Source: Octopus sinensis
Lineage: Eukaryota
DNA: 64,000 nt
Assembly: GCF_006345805.1 (NCBI RefSeq)
Contig: NC_043000.1
Span: 137,950,001 to 138,014,000 of the forward strand
Direction: 5' to 3'
Below are positions 12,928 through 25,872 of the stretch, in pieces (positions within the stretch are counted from its first letter, which is position 1; each line of letters starts with the position of its first letter). Under the pieces are notes generated by a model. The model saw only the letters and a list, made by a program, of their open reading frames with translations, was not told where the DNA came from and did no database searches. The position numbers and the translations under genes were made by a program.

Positions 12928-14099
12928 ATTATTAGGAAGAAAGGAAATAAGTTAATTTTTTTAATGTTAAATATTAAAGGAGATTGAAATAGACTTTCAG
13001 CTTTTTCACTGGGGGACTTAGCTGCACTTGTGCTAAAGGGATATTGAGAAATGAATACAAAGCTTCAGAGCTGGCTTCGATATTTGAACCTAATTACGTC
13101 GCTGAGTTTAAATAACATCAAAATAAGAGTTTCACAGCTCAGACTTGGATTTTGTTTGTGCATGACGTTGAACACAACTTCACACGCAGATGTAAAGCTA
13201 ACTTATATAAAAGATAACTTGAAATCATGGGCATGTAGCGTAAAGTTTCTTCAAAATAACATAACTATTTTCCTAATTAAAACAATATTTGGTGTTATTT
13301 CTCTCCAGTACACTAACACTGATAGCACATTTATTGTAGAAATACTCATTCTGTCGTAACTTCACTCTTAACAACACAAATCTCCGTATTCTGATGATGG
13401 TAACTAAAGAAGACAATCGTTTAGCTAATCGCTCTGTATTACTAAAATTCTGGATATGTATATATATCTTGCCACTGATACGACGGGTTATTCGATAGAC
13501 AGTAACTTAAAATTGCTAAAAGCTTTTCAATTGTATATTTAAACTGACATGTATGTACACATGGAAAACTTGTATATTTGTATATTATATTACATTACAT
13601 ACAAACGTGTAACCATATATACGGGCTCACACAGTAATACGCATATGCAGACTTGCAAAAATTAATTTCCTTTACATTTTAAAATCATATCTTCTGTTTC
13701 TGACGAAATAGATTTTCACTATTTTCTTCAGATATTGTTTGACTAAATTTTCACCAATTTCTAAATGTAAGAGTTGATTTAGCATCAACTATTTCCACTT
13801 TATTATTGCTATATAATTTTCGGACCATCTGCCATATTTATACGTCATTCATGTCATATATTAGAACATAACATCTGTAATATTCCCATCTTAGAATGGC
13901 CATAATTTTGATTTATTGGTTAGAATATGTCTTTCGCTCTAAAGAGTAATACGATAAATTTAACATCAGTAAAGATTAAATCCTAGTGACATTCTATACA
14001 CACACAAACACACACAAACACATACACTTATATATTATATATATATGTATATATATAACTCTCTCCATCTACATATATATACATACACACATAAATACA

Positions 14100-14130
<31 letters not shown>

Positions 14131-14160
14131 CATGCATCTAACCAAAGCAGAATCAATCTA

Positions 14161-14962
14161 TGAAGGCAGCCGTTAAGAAAATAACGTAGGAATTCACAAA
14201 TACAGTAGTTCGTGTCTCGGTTTTACTTTGATTGCATTCCTCAGTTGTTCTTTCTTAGTTGCCACTTGGAAGATAACAGGGTTCAGGCATGGTTTTGAAT
14301 CACATGGTGTTGATTCATCGTCGTTTTACTGCACGAGCAAATCTATATACAATCTGTTTGCGGCACCAGGCATTCCATGCTAGTTTGATTTCTAGGCAGC
14401 TAGAACACGTTCTACTGATGTATAACCTGCACGACTATGATAATGTATATGGATTTTTGCTTCGGCATGAATATGTGTGTGGTGTGTGTATGATCTTGGA
14501 GGACCGTCACTGAACAATTGACGAACTTGTTGATATGATTTGTGTGTCCAGGGGCTCCAGTCAACGAATTTCGAGCGGGAAATTGCATATCAAAAGAGCT
14601 GCAGCAAAATTTGTGCCCTGCTTGCTCACGGAAGATCGAAAACAGTCATGACTGAATGCGTGTCATGAAATCAAAGAACAGTTGAAAGTTGATCCGGACC
14701 ATTTTTCGAAGATTATCACTGATAATAAAAGCTGGTGCTACGGAATTTGCAGGTGAGGAAGAGGCGAAGAAAAAGCGACGAAGGTTTAAAAGGCATCACT
14801 TCGTAAGAGTGTGTCAGCACTGCTACGAACAGGGGAAAAGGCGTCTGGACCGATGCATTTCTTCAAATGGAGAATAATTTGAAGGCGATAAAAGTGTAAA
14901 TATGTAATACAAAGTGAATAAAATAACATTGCAAAATTCCAGTTCCTTTTGGGTACCCCTCG
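14161..14962 (+). mobile_element. Mariner (DD34D-like) relic with internal deletion
   Basis: LEDRH*TIDELVDM...AAAKFVPCLLTED...IITDNKSWCYG (ITGDESW-like), then the C-terminal RLDRCISSNGE*FEGD. Right end ttttgggtacccctcg followed by TA; left TIR degenerate, so the left boundary is approximate. Confidence 0.8.
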
Positions 14963-14974
14963 TACAGATGCTGT

Positions 14975-15303
14975 GAGGCCCCCTTCGGCCGTGACTGACC
15001 ATAGGATTGCACCTAGAAAGTTACCCTCCCAGGCACAAGTCCAGGCAAGGTTTTTTAAGGAAGATCAGCATACATACCGGCCTCCCCTCGCCACACCACC
15101 AGTGTTATCCAAGGGAAAAGGCAAAGGCCGATACAGCTTGGCACCTGTGACGTCGCAACTCATTTCAACAGCTGAGTGAACTGGAGCAACGTGAAATAAA
15201 GTTTTTTGCTCAAGAACACAACACGCAGCCCGGTCCGGGATTCGACCTCACAACCTCTCGATCGTAAGCTCGAAGCTCTAACCACTGAGCCATGCACCTT
15301 CAC
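14975..15303 (-). mobile_element. tRNA-derived SINE (family C)
   Basis: Minus head atggctcagtggttagagc...aggtcgaatcccgg (A/B boxes). 11-bp TSD acagatgctgt (14964-14974, 15304-15314). Confidence 0.88.
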
Positions 15304-15329
15304 ACAGATGCTGTAATGTAATATATTTC

Positions 15330-15850
15330 TCGGAGATACAAGCAGTGCTCTTCATGTTGCAGAAATATAGGTGGAGAAAGTTACTGTATATAGATATATA
15401 TTCTAGCAGCTGGAATACACAGTTATCTATATTATGTATTTAGGGTTCACTTTGAGATCTAGCGTCTGTGGTGGTTTCACGCTTATAAGATCGTATTGTC
15501 CGGATGAGAAATTATGGAGAAATGGCTTGCTTCTTTAATATGAGGACCGATTTTGATTTTATACAGTAAAAAGGCCGTTGTACTATGAAACTAAAGGATG
15601 GTGCTTTTTAAATCTCTGTTCATAGAAGTTGTGAAAGTTTACAGAGTTCATTAGAATTCAAGTATTTTCTGATTTGAAATATCAAGTTAGCGGTTGGAAT
15701 ACACAATTATCTTTATTATGTACTTAGGTTTTACTGAGAAAGGCTTTAGCGTCTACTACAGAAAGAGTACTTCTGACTCACAATGTGTACTCTTCCTGTA
15801 ATAGCTATATAGGTAGAAGAAGTTACTATATATAGATACATATTCCAGTC
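15330..15850 (+). repeat. Unclassified dispersed repeat with internal tandem subunits (copy 1)
   Basis: tttaatatgaggaccgatt..gattttatacagtaaaaaggccg..gtactatgaaactaaaggatg and ggaatacaca(g/a)ttatct blocks recur here and at 25520-25872. Confidence 0.7.
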
Positions 15851-15896
15851 AAATGCCTAGAATCATGTAAACCTTTGTTAATATTAGTTATCGTAT

Positions 15897-16090
15897 AAGG
15901 CAGCGAGCTGGGCAAAATGTTTAGTAACATTTGGTACATCTTTACGTTCTGCATTCAAATTCCACTGCGGTCGACTTTGCCTTTTATCATTTCGGAGTCA
16001 ATAAAATAAGAACGAGTTAAAAATTGCGGTCGATGTAATCGACTTACGTCCCCCTCTGAAATTGTTGGCCTTGGCCAAAATTTTAAACCC
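15897..16090 (+). mobile_element. Family-B SINE, diverged
   Basis: aaggcagcgagctgg head; gtcgactttgccttt and gtcgatgtaatcgactta core. Confidence 0.8.
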
Positions 16091-16435
16091 ATATTTGAAA
16101 ATAAGTATGATCATAAATCTTGTTCGTGGATATTATAGGATCTTTATTGAAGGTAACGTTGAAGTGAGGTATAATTGCATCCATTTTCCTCTTAAATAAA
16201 TACAATTTCAACAGGAGAAGACAAACCCTTCTAACTTATACTACCATGCTATGTTCTCGCTTGCAATTATGACTGATGCATAAGGTAAAAACAACTTACG
16301 GAAACCTGATTTAATAATACTTCTTGTATCATACGTTGTCATTGAAGTAAGAAGATGACACAGTACTATCCAAATATACAGATAAGACAAAAGATTGAAT
16401 TATAAACAATCGCAAAATCGATTCTTTCATTGTAG

Positions 16436-16489
16436 AAAATACGTCCGTGTAATCTGCTGATTCCAGACGCTGTCAATTTCTCTCTCGAG
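16436..16489 (+). CDS. Candidate 54-nt exon (KIRPCNLLIPDAVNFSLE)
   Basis: Acceptor ttctttcattgtag, donor GAG|GTAAGT, 18 codons, only frame 0 open. No homology recognised. Confidence 0.25.
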
Positions 16490-17039
16490 GTAAGTATAAC
16501 ATCTTATTACACACTTCTAAAATTTGAACAAATATCAGAATTGTTGCATTACTTTTATCAATATTTATTGCAGAATTTGCATTTACAAACTAGATGAGCT
16601 TGTTATTTTCAATATGATGCATTTGCTATACTCTTAACTATGGTTATACATTAACAATTCTCCCTCTCCTTTCTTGAGTGTCTTTTGTATAATATACTGA
16701 ACAAATGAAATTCTCACACATTTTGCATGCATGCATTTGGATAAAGCATAGGCGTTTTGTATGACAAATGAATAGTTGAATATATAGGTATTTTGTGATT
16801 ATGTTTCAACAAATAAAATATCCACTATTAAACATATTTCTATATGATCTTTTTGGATATTACATTTCCCAATATATACACATATATATGTATGCATTCA
16901 TGTATAAATATGCATGTAGATATGCATATGCCTGGTTATCTTTATTCATTTATTCACATATATATGTACAGCTGCCCGCATATACGCATACACACACCCA
17001 TACGTTCGTGTAATGTGTAGACACAAAGGAATAAGTATG

Positions 17040-17119
17040 TATGTCCATATATGTCTGTCTGTCAGTCAGTCTGTCTGTGTGTGTGTACCTCTCTCTCTCT
17101 CTCTGTCTATATACATACA

Positions 17120-17203
<84 letters not shown>

Positions 17204-17235
17204 CTATACGTATACTTGCATGTGTATATGTGTAC
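17040..17235. repeat. Compound di/tetranucleotide microsatellite
   Basis: Direct inspection. Confidence 0.9.
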
Positions 17236-17697
17236 ATGTATATATTCATGATATCGTGCCAAGTATTGATGGATTTATCATTATTGTATTTAATTAAGGT
17301 ACGATTACTCGAAAGGAGAAACAAATTTTCATTTCCATTCAGTTATGATAATCTCTTTTTTAAGAGTTATGTTTATATTTTATCAATTTAATACGAAATA
17401 TTTAGAATTTTTTAATTTTACATCAAGAACACCCATTCATTAGATCTTTTACACATTAATGTAATTCCAGTTTAACCATATTTTTATGTACTTTTTCAAA
17501 ATGCAAATTAACTGTTTATAGTTTACTGTTTAAAATTTAATTTTTTTCCCTTCTTACATGCCAGCTTTAAATATTGTATAAACGGCATTTCTATTAGCTG
17601 TTTCAATTATAGTCCATATTCATTCAATATTCTTCATCCTAATGGTTTATTGTTGCACTTAACTCGATCTGATCAAGGTAATATTTATAATTTTATC

Positions 17698-18170
<473 letters not shown>

Positions 18171-18819
18171 ATTACCTTTTGAATTTAATTAGCTCTTAAA
18201 TAAAATAAAAAATTTGTTTCTAATTTTTTTTATTCATGTGAATTTATTTTATAGGTACATATAGTTTCTTCTACATTTACAAAAATCTAAAGTTGTAATA
18301 AATTGAGTAAAAATTAGAAAATGTGTAATGATATATAATTTAAATACAAACCTGCTAATTAATTTCTGAAACTTGTTGCACAATGTTTAATTCATTGTTA
18401 CGATAATTTCAAATGCTTATTATAATTGCTTCTAATTCGAACTAGATATTCACATGAAGACCATCAGTATTTTCTATTTAATGAAATTATTGTCAGTGTA
18501 GAAATTCAGTTAATGCTTACTCATATAAAACGGCTACAAATTAGTTCATAATATGCATTATATGTATGTGCGATATAGCTAGTATCTGGTTGCCCAACAT
18601 GTTAGAACAACAAGCAATACTATCACGAACATCGTGCTACAACCTTTAATAAAAACAGGACAAGGCCCACAAAAATCAGTGGTAACAAAAAATAGAATGG
18701 TCCTCAAAAAACAGAATGGTAACGAAGTATTATTGACCATCAATATATTTGATCCTTCTTGAAAAGGGAATACACATCGCCAACAGCAACAATAACATAC
18801 GCAATATCTATGTGTTTGT

Positions 18820-19033
18820 AAGGCGGCGAGTTGGTAAAAACGTTATCACGCCGGGCGAAATGCGTAGCGGTATTTCGTCTGCCGCTACGTTGTGAGTTCA
18901 AATTCCGCCGATGTCGACTTTACCTTTCATCATTTCGGAGTCGATTAAATAAGTAGCAGCGTACTGAGGTCGATCTAATCGACTGAAACCCTCCCCCCAA
19001 ATTTCGGGGTTTGTGCATGGAGTAGAAAAATAG
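18820..19033 (+). mobile_element. Family-B SINE
   Basis: Head and core as at 12328; imperfect TSD aatatctat(g/t)tgt.tgt on both sides. Confidence 0.85.
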
Positions 19034-19052
19034 AATATCTATTTGTGTGTGA

Positions 19053-19083
<31 letters not shown>

Positions 19084-19132
19084 CATATATATGCATACAT
19101 ATATATGCACACACATATATGTATGTATATAC

Positions 19133-19197
<65 letters not shown>

Positions 19198-19227
19198 TAT
19201 ATATATGAATACATACACACACACACT

Positions 19228-19915
19228 TAAATAACTTTGATATGTTTCGACCCAAAGATTAGTCCAGGCCATATCTAACTGATTAGGATTGGCTAATTCC
19301 TTTTCAAGTCAAGATTTGTGGTATCATGGCCCATTTGAGTAGGGAGTTCTTTAGTGAGTTATATTCAGATATAGGTGACTTATCTGGAATTCTGTGAGAA
19401 AATTTGTCCAGATCCGTTTAAAGGCGATGGGATCCTTGTCTTCTTTGATCTGTTTTGGGACAATGTTAAATAGGGAAGGGCCTGTTGAGGAAAAGAAATT
19501 GTGATGCAGTATAGTTATGTGTTGTGATCCTGAATTGGGTAAGGGATGTATGGCCTGAGTTCCTAGCCTAGGATGAATTCTGAAGCTAATGTTGACGGTG
19601 TTTGGGCAAAGCTAGTGGTTTATTCTCCACATCGTGCAAATGATGTATCGCTCACGGTGGCGCTGGAGGGAAAAGAGTTTCAATGCTTTAAGGCGGTCCC
19701 AATAATCGAGATCAGTTATGCCCTTAATTGTTTTAGTGAATGACATTTGGGGTGATTCAGTTTTCGAAATGTTTTGTTTTGTATGGGGACACCAAAGGGA
19801 ACAGCAGGTTCTTAGGATGCATCATACGAGCATTATTGACTGTATTTTTGATGTGGCCACTCCAGCTGGGATTGTTGTCAACAATTAATCCTAGATCTCT
19901 GATATTATTAGGTGA
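19228..19915 (-). mobile_element. CR1-clade LINE 3' fragment
   Basis: RDLGLIVDNNPSWSGHIKNTVNNARM and LDYWDRLKALKLFSLQRHRERY-type RT C-terminal motifs; 3' end matches 7218-7295. Confidence 0.82.
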
Positions 19916-19918
19916 TGT

Positions 19919-20064
19919 GAGGTCGACTTTGCCTTTCATCCTTTCGGGCTCGATAAATTAAGTACCAGTTACGCACTGGGGTCGATGTAATCGACTTAAT
20001 CCCTTGTTTAATGTCCTTGTTTGTCCCCTCTATGTTTAGCCCCTTGTGGGCAATACAGAAATAA
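19919..20064 (+). mobile_element. 5'-truncated family-B SINE
   Basis: gaggtcgactttgcctttcatcc...ccccttgtgggcaatacagaaata. Confidence 0.85.
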
Positions 20065-20339
20065 TTGCTTCTGCTGCATAGATAGGCAGGCATCCACGTT
20101 TGCCATCAACCACTTTACAAAGTAAATGTAAAGACTTTATGGGAAAATGCAAACCTGAGCTGAATCGAAGGGCTAGATTACTAAATCTAGCGTTAATCTC
20201 TCCTTATTTCTGCCAAAAAATTTGAACAAAAGATTGCCGGAATAAAGACGGCAAAACAACAAGACGGTCACTCCATCACCATTTATCGTCTTCTTGTTTC
20301 ATGCGTCAGCACCAAAGCACCTGAAGGTATCTTGGTAAT

Positions 20340-20700
20340 TTCACTCTTCATAAGTAGCAGGATAACGAGTAAGAAATTAAAGAATAGACAGGAATAACGA
20401 ATATGTATCTAAGTCTGTTACCTTCGTCAGTAGAGCGCAAAGAGAATGATAGCTCGAAATTTGAACGCTTAAAGAGACTCGTAGCTAATATAAAGCAAAA
20501 TAGATATAATGCAAGTGTTAAACCTGGAGTCTTGTAAGTTACTTGCACCCATTTAGATAGTTTTCGATCAGTATAGAATTTGGGGTTAGTTAACGGTGAA
20601 CTTCGGTTTCTTTTCTGATAGTTATGAGACTGTAAAAGAATATGCTTGAATTCGCATTCAGCGTGCGGTCTTTTGACAATGATAACATATGGACGTATGT
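20340..20700 (-). mobile_element. Possible degraded PLE 3' end
   Basis: FFYSLITIRKETE resembles the end of the PLE GIY-YIG domain, followed by ctgacgaagg (start of a hammerhead core) without GAAAC. Confidence 0.3.
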
Positions 20701-21245
20701 ACCTATGCATCGGCTTACACAGTCACAACGAAGGAAAATATAATATTTTAGTACTTATAACTCCATCGATCTTCTGTTGCTATTTCGTTTACATTATCTA
20801 TTAATATATATACGTACGTATGTATGTATATTATGCATGTACGTACGTATGCATAATATAATACGTACATATGTATGTATATTGTGTGTATGTATGCATG
20901 CATGCATACATGCATGCATCTATGTATAAATGAGTGAATGTATGTGACTTCTAGTTTTTAATTATTATAAATCTTCCACTGAAGAAGAAGCCGGTTTCCA
21001 ACAAAGGTACAAAGCTCCATCTTTGGGATGTAATTAGCACAGACAAATTCACATTTGGAACTTGAGAAAGTCTTGCATATTTTTACTGTTTCACTAACAG
21101 CTTGCACTTTTAATGTACGAATTAGCCGGTCGATTTCTTTTTATCTGAAAAATCCCAGCTTATCCACATTCTCCTTTAAGCATTTACTAACAAAACGTAG
21201 TGCTCCAATTATAATTAGCATAAATATGAATTCATAGTATACAAA

Positions 21246-21366
21246 GTATGTATGTATGTATGTATGTATGTATGTATGTATGTATGTGTATGTATGTATG
21301 TATGTATGTATGTATATGTGTGTGTATGTATGTATGTATGTATGTATGTATGTATGTATGTATGTA
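21246..21366. repeat. (TATG)n microsatellite
   Basis: Direct inspection. Confidence 0.95.
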
Positions 21367-22006
21367 CAGAATTATTATTCTCCCATACTCGATGCAAGAG
21401 CTGATATCAAGTTATCTATCATTTTGGGACGTCATTATTTGTGACATCGTTTGCATTTTTAACAAAGATGAATTCTTGTATGGTTCCTAAATTTAACCTT
21501 TTGAATTCAGACCGTTTCTGATGAAATGATCAATTCTGACATTATTAAGGATGAGGTAGCCAGGGTAAAATAATACTAACCGATATCATGTAGAATAACA
21601 AAACCTAGATATCGAGTTCGGCTGGATAGCAGGGAAAACATGACGCATGCCAAAACGAAATATACAGAACAAAAGCTGATTTTGTGTTCACGCAAATATA
21701 GAGGAAATTATAACAGGTAAAATGTTGATTCAGGCAAAATATAGAGTAAAATTTCACGAACTCTGAGAAAAATATGACAAAATTCAGTGAATAAATTTGC
21801 AAAAGTTCAGTTTGAAATATTCAAGTAAGGTATATTTCGTTAAAATACCCCACTAATGCACACAATGGAATTTACCGAGAAATAATCTGTGATGTATTCA
21901 TAAAATGCACAGAAGTTTAGAAATGTATATGTAAGTTTAAGAAAGTTTTTCAGAGAAAGGAAGGGGAGAAAGAGAAGGAGAGAGAAAGAGAGAGATAAAT
22001 AAGTAG

Positions 22007-22634
22007 ATACAAGTAATAAGAGAGAGACAACATGTGGTCACTCTAACGCTAGATATAGATCCGCAAAGGGAATCCACCACTAAAGAATTGTTCTCAAGTA
22101 TTAATTTAACACGCCAAGAATGTAAGCGGGCAGGACAAGTGAAAAATAACGAAAAAATAGATTAACTTTATACAATTGTTTCATCGTTAATAGATTGTGT
22201 AATTTTACTTACATAATCATTTTCGAATCTTCAGTAGAGTATATCAAAAATATAATTTGCTGAACCGAACGCCAAAATTCATACGAAGCCGAGCAAAGGC
22301 GAACGGCACAGCCGATTATATTTTCAGTTACGTTCAAATACCCTTTGCTCGGCTTCGTATGGATTTTGGCGTTCGGTTCAGCAAATTATATTTTTGATAT
22401 ACTCTACTGAAGATTCGAAAATGATTATGTAAATAAAATTACACAATCTATTAACGATGAAACAATTGTATAGAGTTAATCTATTTTTTCGTTATTTTTC
22501 ACTTGTCCTGCCCGCTTACATTCTTGGCGTGTTAAATTAATACTTGAGAACAATTCTTTAGTGGTGGATTCCCTTTGCGGATCTATATCTAGCGTTAGAG
22601 TGACCACATGTGGTCTCTCTCTTATTACTTGTAT
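22007..22634. repeat. Long near-perfect inverted repeat (foldback / MITE-like)
   Basis: Arms 22007-22299 and 22342-22634 (293 bp each, 4 mismatches seen), 42-bp spacer. TA dinucleotides at 22008-9 and 22632-3 bound a 622-bp core. Confidence 0.95.
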
Positions 22635-22780
22635 TAATAATTTTTACTGTATCCCAGACTTTTTATACGCTAGGCCACTTGGTGTTTTAAATTGATGTTA
22701 TTAATTAATATTCAATTTTTTTCACCCTTATTGTGATTTTAAATATGTATATAGATAGATAAATAGATAGATAGATAGAT

Positions 22781-23890
22781 ATGTTTCTTTATTAGCCACA
22801 CAGGGCTGCACACAGATAGAACAAATTACAAGGTAGAGCTTTTCTTTTGAAGGTTTAAAAAAAAAAAAAAAAAAAAAGGAAGGGGGAGTTTCGATCAAAA
22901 GGGATCGTAAAAGGAGAGAAAGAGGACAAAAGAAAGGGGGGTTAAAAAAAAAAGGGGGAGAGGAAAAAAAATTTATCAATAGGGATCGTTATCACAGAAA
23001 TGTCAATATGAAGTGTAAAGGGGAGGACAGGTGAGGTTTACCCGTGGAAAGAAAAGCCTACGGAAAAGACCACGGTAACCTCGGTCAATGAAGTCACATT
23101 TTATATTTCTTTTTTTTTTTTTTTTTTTTTTGCAAATAAGCAACTCTCTGTTTTCGATTTCTGGGTTCATAGGACTATGCTCAAGGTGGCTTCGTCATTC
23201 ATACGTGCCATTCTTGCTACATTCACCCATCTTTTTTTAAAACATTCGCTAGACAAAACTTGCCTCTCTACTCTCACTTTCCTTTTCAAGTGGTACTTGA
23301 AGAAGTTAATGAGAGATGGACCAGAGAGGAAAGTGTTTGTCTCCAATCCTTTCAGACGCGTCCACCAGATACATTCTTTCGCCATAGCCACAAGGATGAT
23401 GAAAATAGCTCTTCCTTCCCGTTTGAAGGAAGGAGGCGTGACAATATTGACGATAGACTCAGCTGATAAACCGACTCGTCCCACACGTGACAGCAGTTGT
23501 TCGACATAAGCCCACAGGTCGGAAATTGTTGGACACTGAACGAGTGCGTGCAGAACGGTTTCGTCGCTCTGACCGCATCTCGGGCAGGTCGGCCCCGTGT
23601 TTCTCGAGCCGTGTCTGTAGAGCTTATCCCGAACGGGTAGCGCTTCTCGGTAGCACTGCCAGGCCAGGGATCTCTGGAAGTTGTCCATGGGCCCTGGCCC
23701 GAAAGTCGTCCCGAACAGGCGGGTCAGGTACTCCTCGTCGACGTCCAGGTTCGCCCCGAGCTCGTCGTCGTACCTCCCCTCCACTAAACCCCTATAGAAT
23801 GCTTTGGTTGTGTTGAAGTCACTTAAGGTCGACCCAGGACGGCAGAGTTGCTTGAGAGCAACGCGACACTCGCGGTGCCATTCGCGCATA
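22781..23890 (-). mobile_element. 5'-truncated Tx1/L1-clade LINE inserted in a (GATA)n array
   Basis: Open ORF2 C-terminus with zf-RVT-like [18 protein letters not shown], stop at 23167, about 385-nt 3'UTR ending aataaagaaacat(atct)n. GATA repeats on both flanks; GC-rich relative to surroundings. Confidence 0.9.
23167..23887 (-). CDS. Truncated LINE ORF2 C-terminal region (CCHC zinc-finger / zf-RVT-like)
   Basis: About 240 uninterrupted codons in ORF-track 23167..23904; the first few codons come from the microsatellite junction. Confidence 0.85.
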
Positions 23891-23902
23891 GATAGATGTC
23901 GC

Positions 23903-23978
<76 letters not shown>

Positions 23979-23996
23979 GCAGATAGATAGATAAGA

Positions 23997-24027
<31 letters not shown>

Positions 24028-24029
24028 GC

Positions 24030-24124
<95 letters not shown>

Positions 24125-24129
24125 CATAT

Positions 24130-24200
<71 letters not shown>
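23888..24200. repeat. (GATA)n/(GACA)n/(GA)n array
   Basis: Direct inspection. Confidence 0.95.
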
Positions 24201-24203
<3 letters not shown>

Positions 24204-25519
24204 ACTATGCTATCTGACTTGAATTCACAAGAAAATATAAGCAGGCTCTGAAAATGTGTAACTAGCATGAATTTTTATTGAGATTAAAGAAGATCGATCA
24301 AAAAATGACATTCTTCTTCTGAAGGATTTCAAAATTGAGAAACCCTTTTAATGTAGATGATTGCAATTTCTCGAAAGTAGTGGAAAACACATTGATGCGA
24401 AATACAGAAGGAATCTTGTCTTAGAATGAATTTATAGAAGATTACGTGGTATACGAAACTAAACAGCCCATCAAAATGTGTACATATATGTGGGGAGTGA
24501 GAAAGAAAAGAGAGAGGTGGGAGTAATAGGTATCTATACTTACATTCATAAAATATTTACATTCATAATACGCTTCTAATTTGAAGTTGTGCATTTTATA
24601 CTTTAAATAAGCGATATCTGCTTAATGTAATTATTGACACCATTAGATGAAATTCTCACTGGTCTGAGTACATTTAGTGCCAGACTTCAGTGGCAATTGA
24701 AATGCCTTGTTTGAAAAATCACAATAAACTTGCAAAACTCCAATACTACGATCGATCTAGTCTGTTAAAATATACATTTCAACATCTGATCAGTGATTTG
24801 TACATAATTTATAGCATGTAGTGAGAGATGTAATCAACAACTCTCATACAAATCCGCTTTCATTTTTATTCTTAGCTCTTTTATTTTCACAGGAGTTACG
24901 CTTAGTATACTTGCTCACGTTGATGTCAACACTGCTTGAGTTCAGTGAATTGTGATATAGGCTAAATTATTTCTGCCTTTATTCGGCCCCGTTTTATTCT
25001 GAAGAGGTCAAATTTGCCTTTCATTCTTCCAGATCCGGTAAAGTAAGTGCCGGTCTATGGTAGTGACTGGTGGATCATTACAACGTTGAACGGAACGACT
25101 TTTTGTAATCGTTTCAGCTCTCTGCGTTCTTAGTTTTTAATGGATTACACTGGAGAAAGGATCAGACCTCTGACGTTTTTACCGATGAAATCTAAACATT
25201 TCATGCATGATAATCTCCAAACAGACCACTGCAAGAAATATATGTTGGCCCGAAAGAAATTCCAGAGGGATGACGTTAAAGGAAAGATGAATTAAACCTA
25301 GCTTTTAGGGGGTTATGGCTGGTGAAGCACATCGATCAAGAATCGGATGATTTCGGTGAGATTAATAAATTTCATACGCAAATATACACTTCTGTAAAGG
25401 AAACAACACAGATTATAACGTGGTGCAAGCATTTTCCAATAAAGTGAGTGGCTTTTATTTCTAAGGGGTTTAAACATTACTTGTATAAGTATCTACACCC
25501 ATTTTCTAGACGTGGGTGC

Positions 25520-25872
25520 TGTACTGTACAGTAGATCTATGTGAACATTGCAGAGAGTTAGAAATTCATTAGCGTTCAAATATTTTCTGACTGGAAGTGT
25601 AAAGCTAGCCGTTGAAATACACAGTTATCTATGTTATGAACTTAATGGTTCACTAAGAAAGAAAATTGGTGATTTCGAGATCTTGCTGATCTCGAGATCA
25701 AGTCTTTTGTGACTTTCTGTATTACAAGAGCGTTTTGTCCCAGATGGGAAATTATTGATTGGATTGTTCCTTTAATATGAGGACCGATTGTGATTCTATA
25801 CTGTAGAAAGGCCGCAGTATCGTGAAACTAAAGGATGATTCTTTTGAAATCACTGTTCATGAAAGTGATAAA
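25520..25872 (+). repeat. Unclassified dispersed repeat (copy 2 of 15330-15850 family)
   Basis: Shared blocks aaatattttctga..ggaa, aatacacagttatctat and tttaatatgaggaccgattgtgattctatac...gaaactaaaggatg...aaagtttac. Confidence 0.7.
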
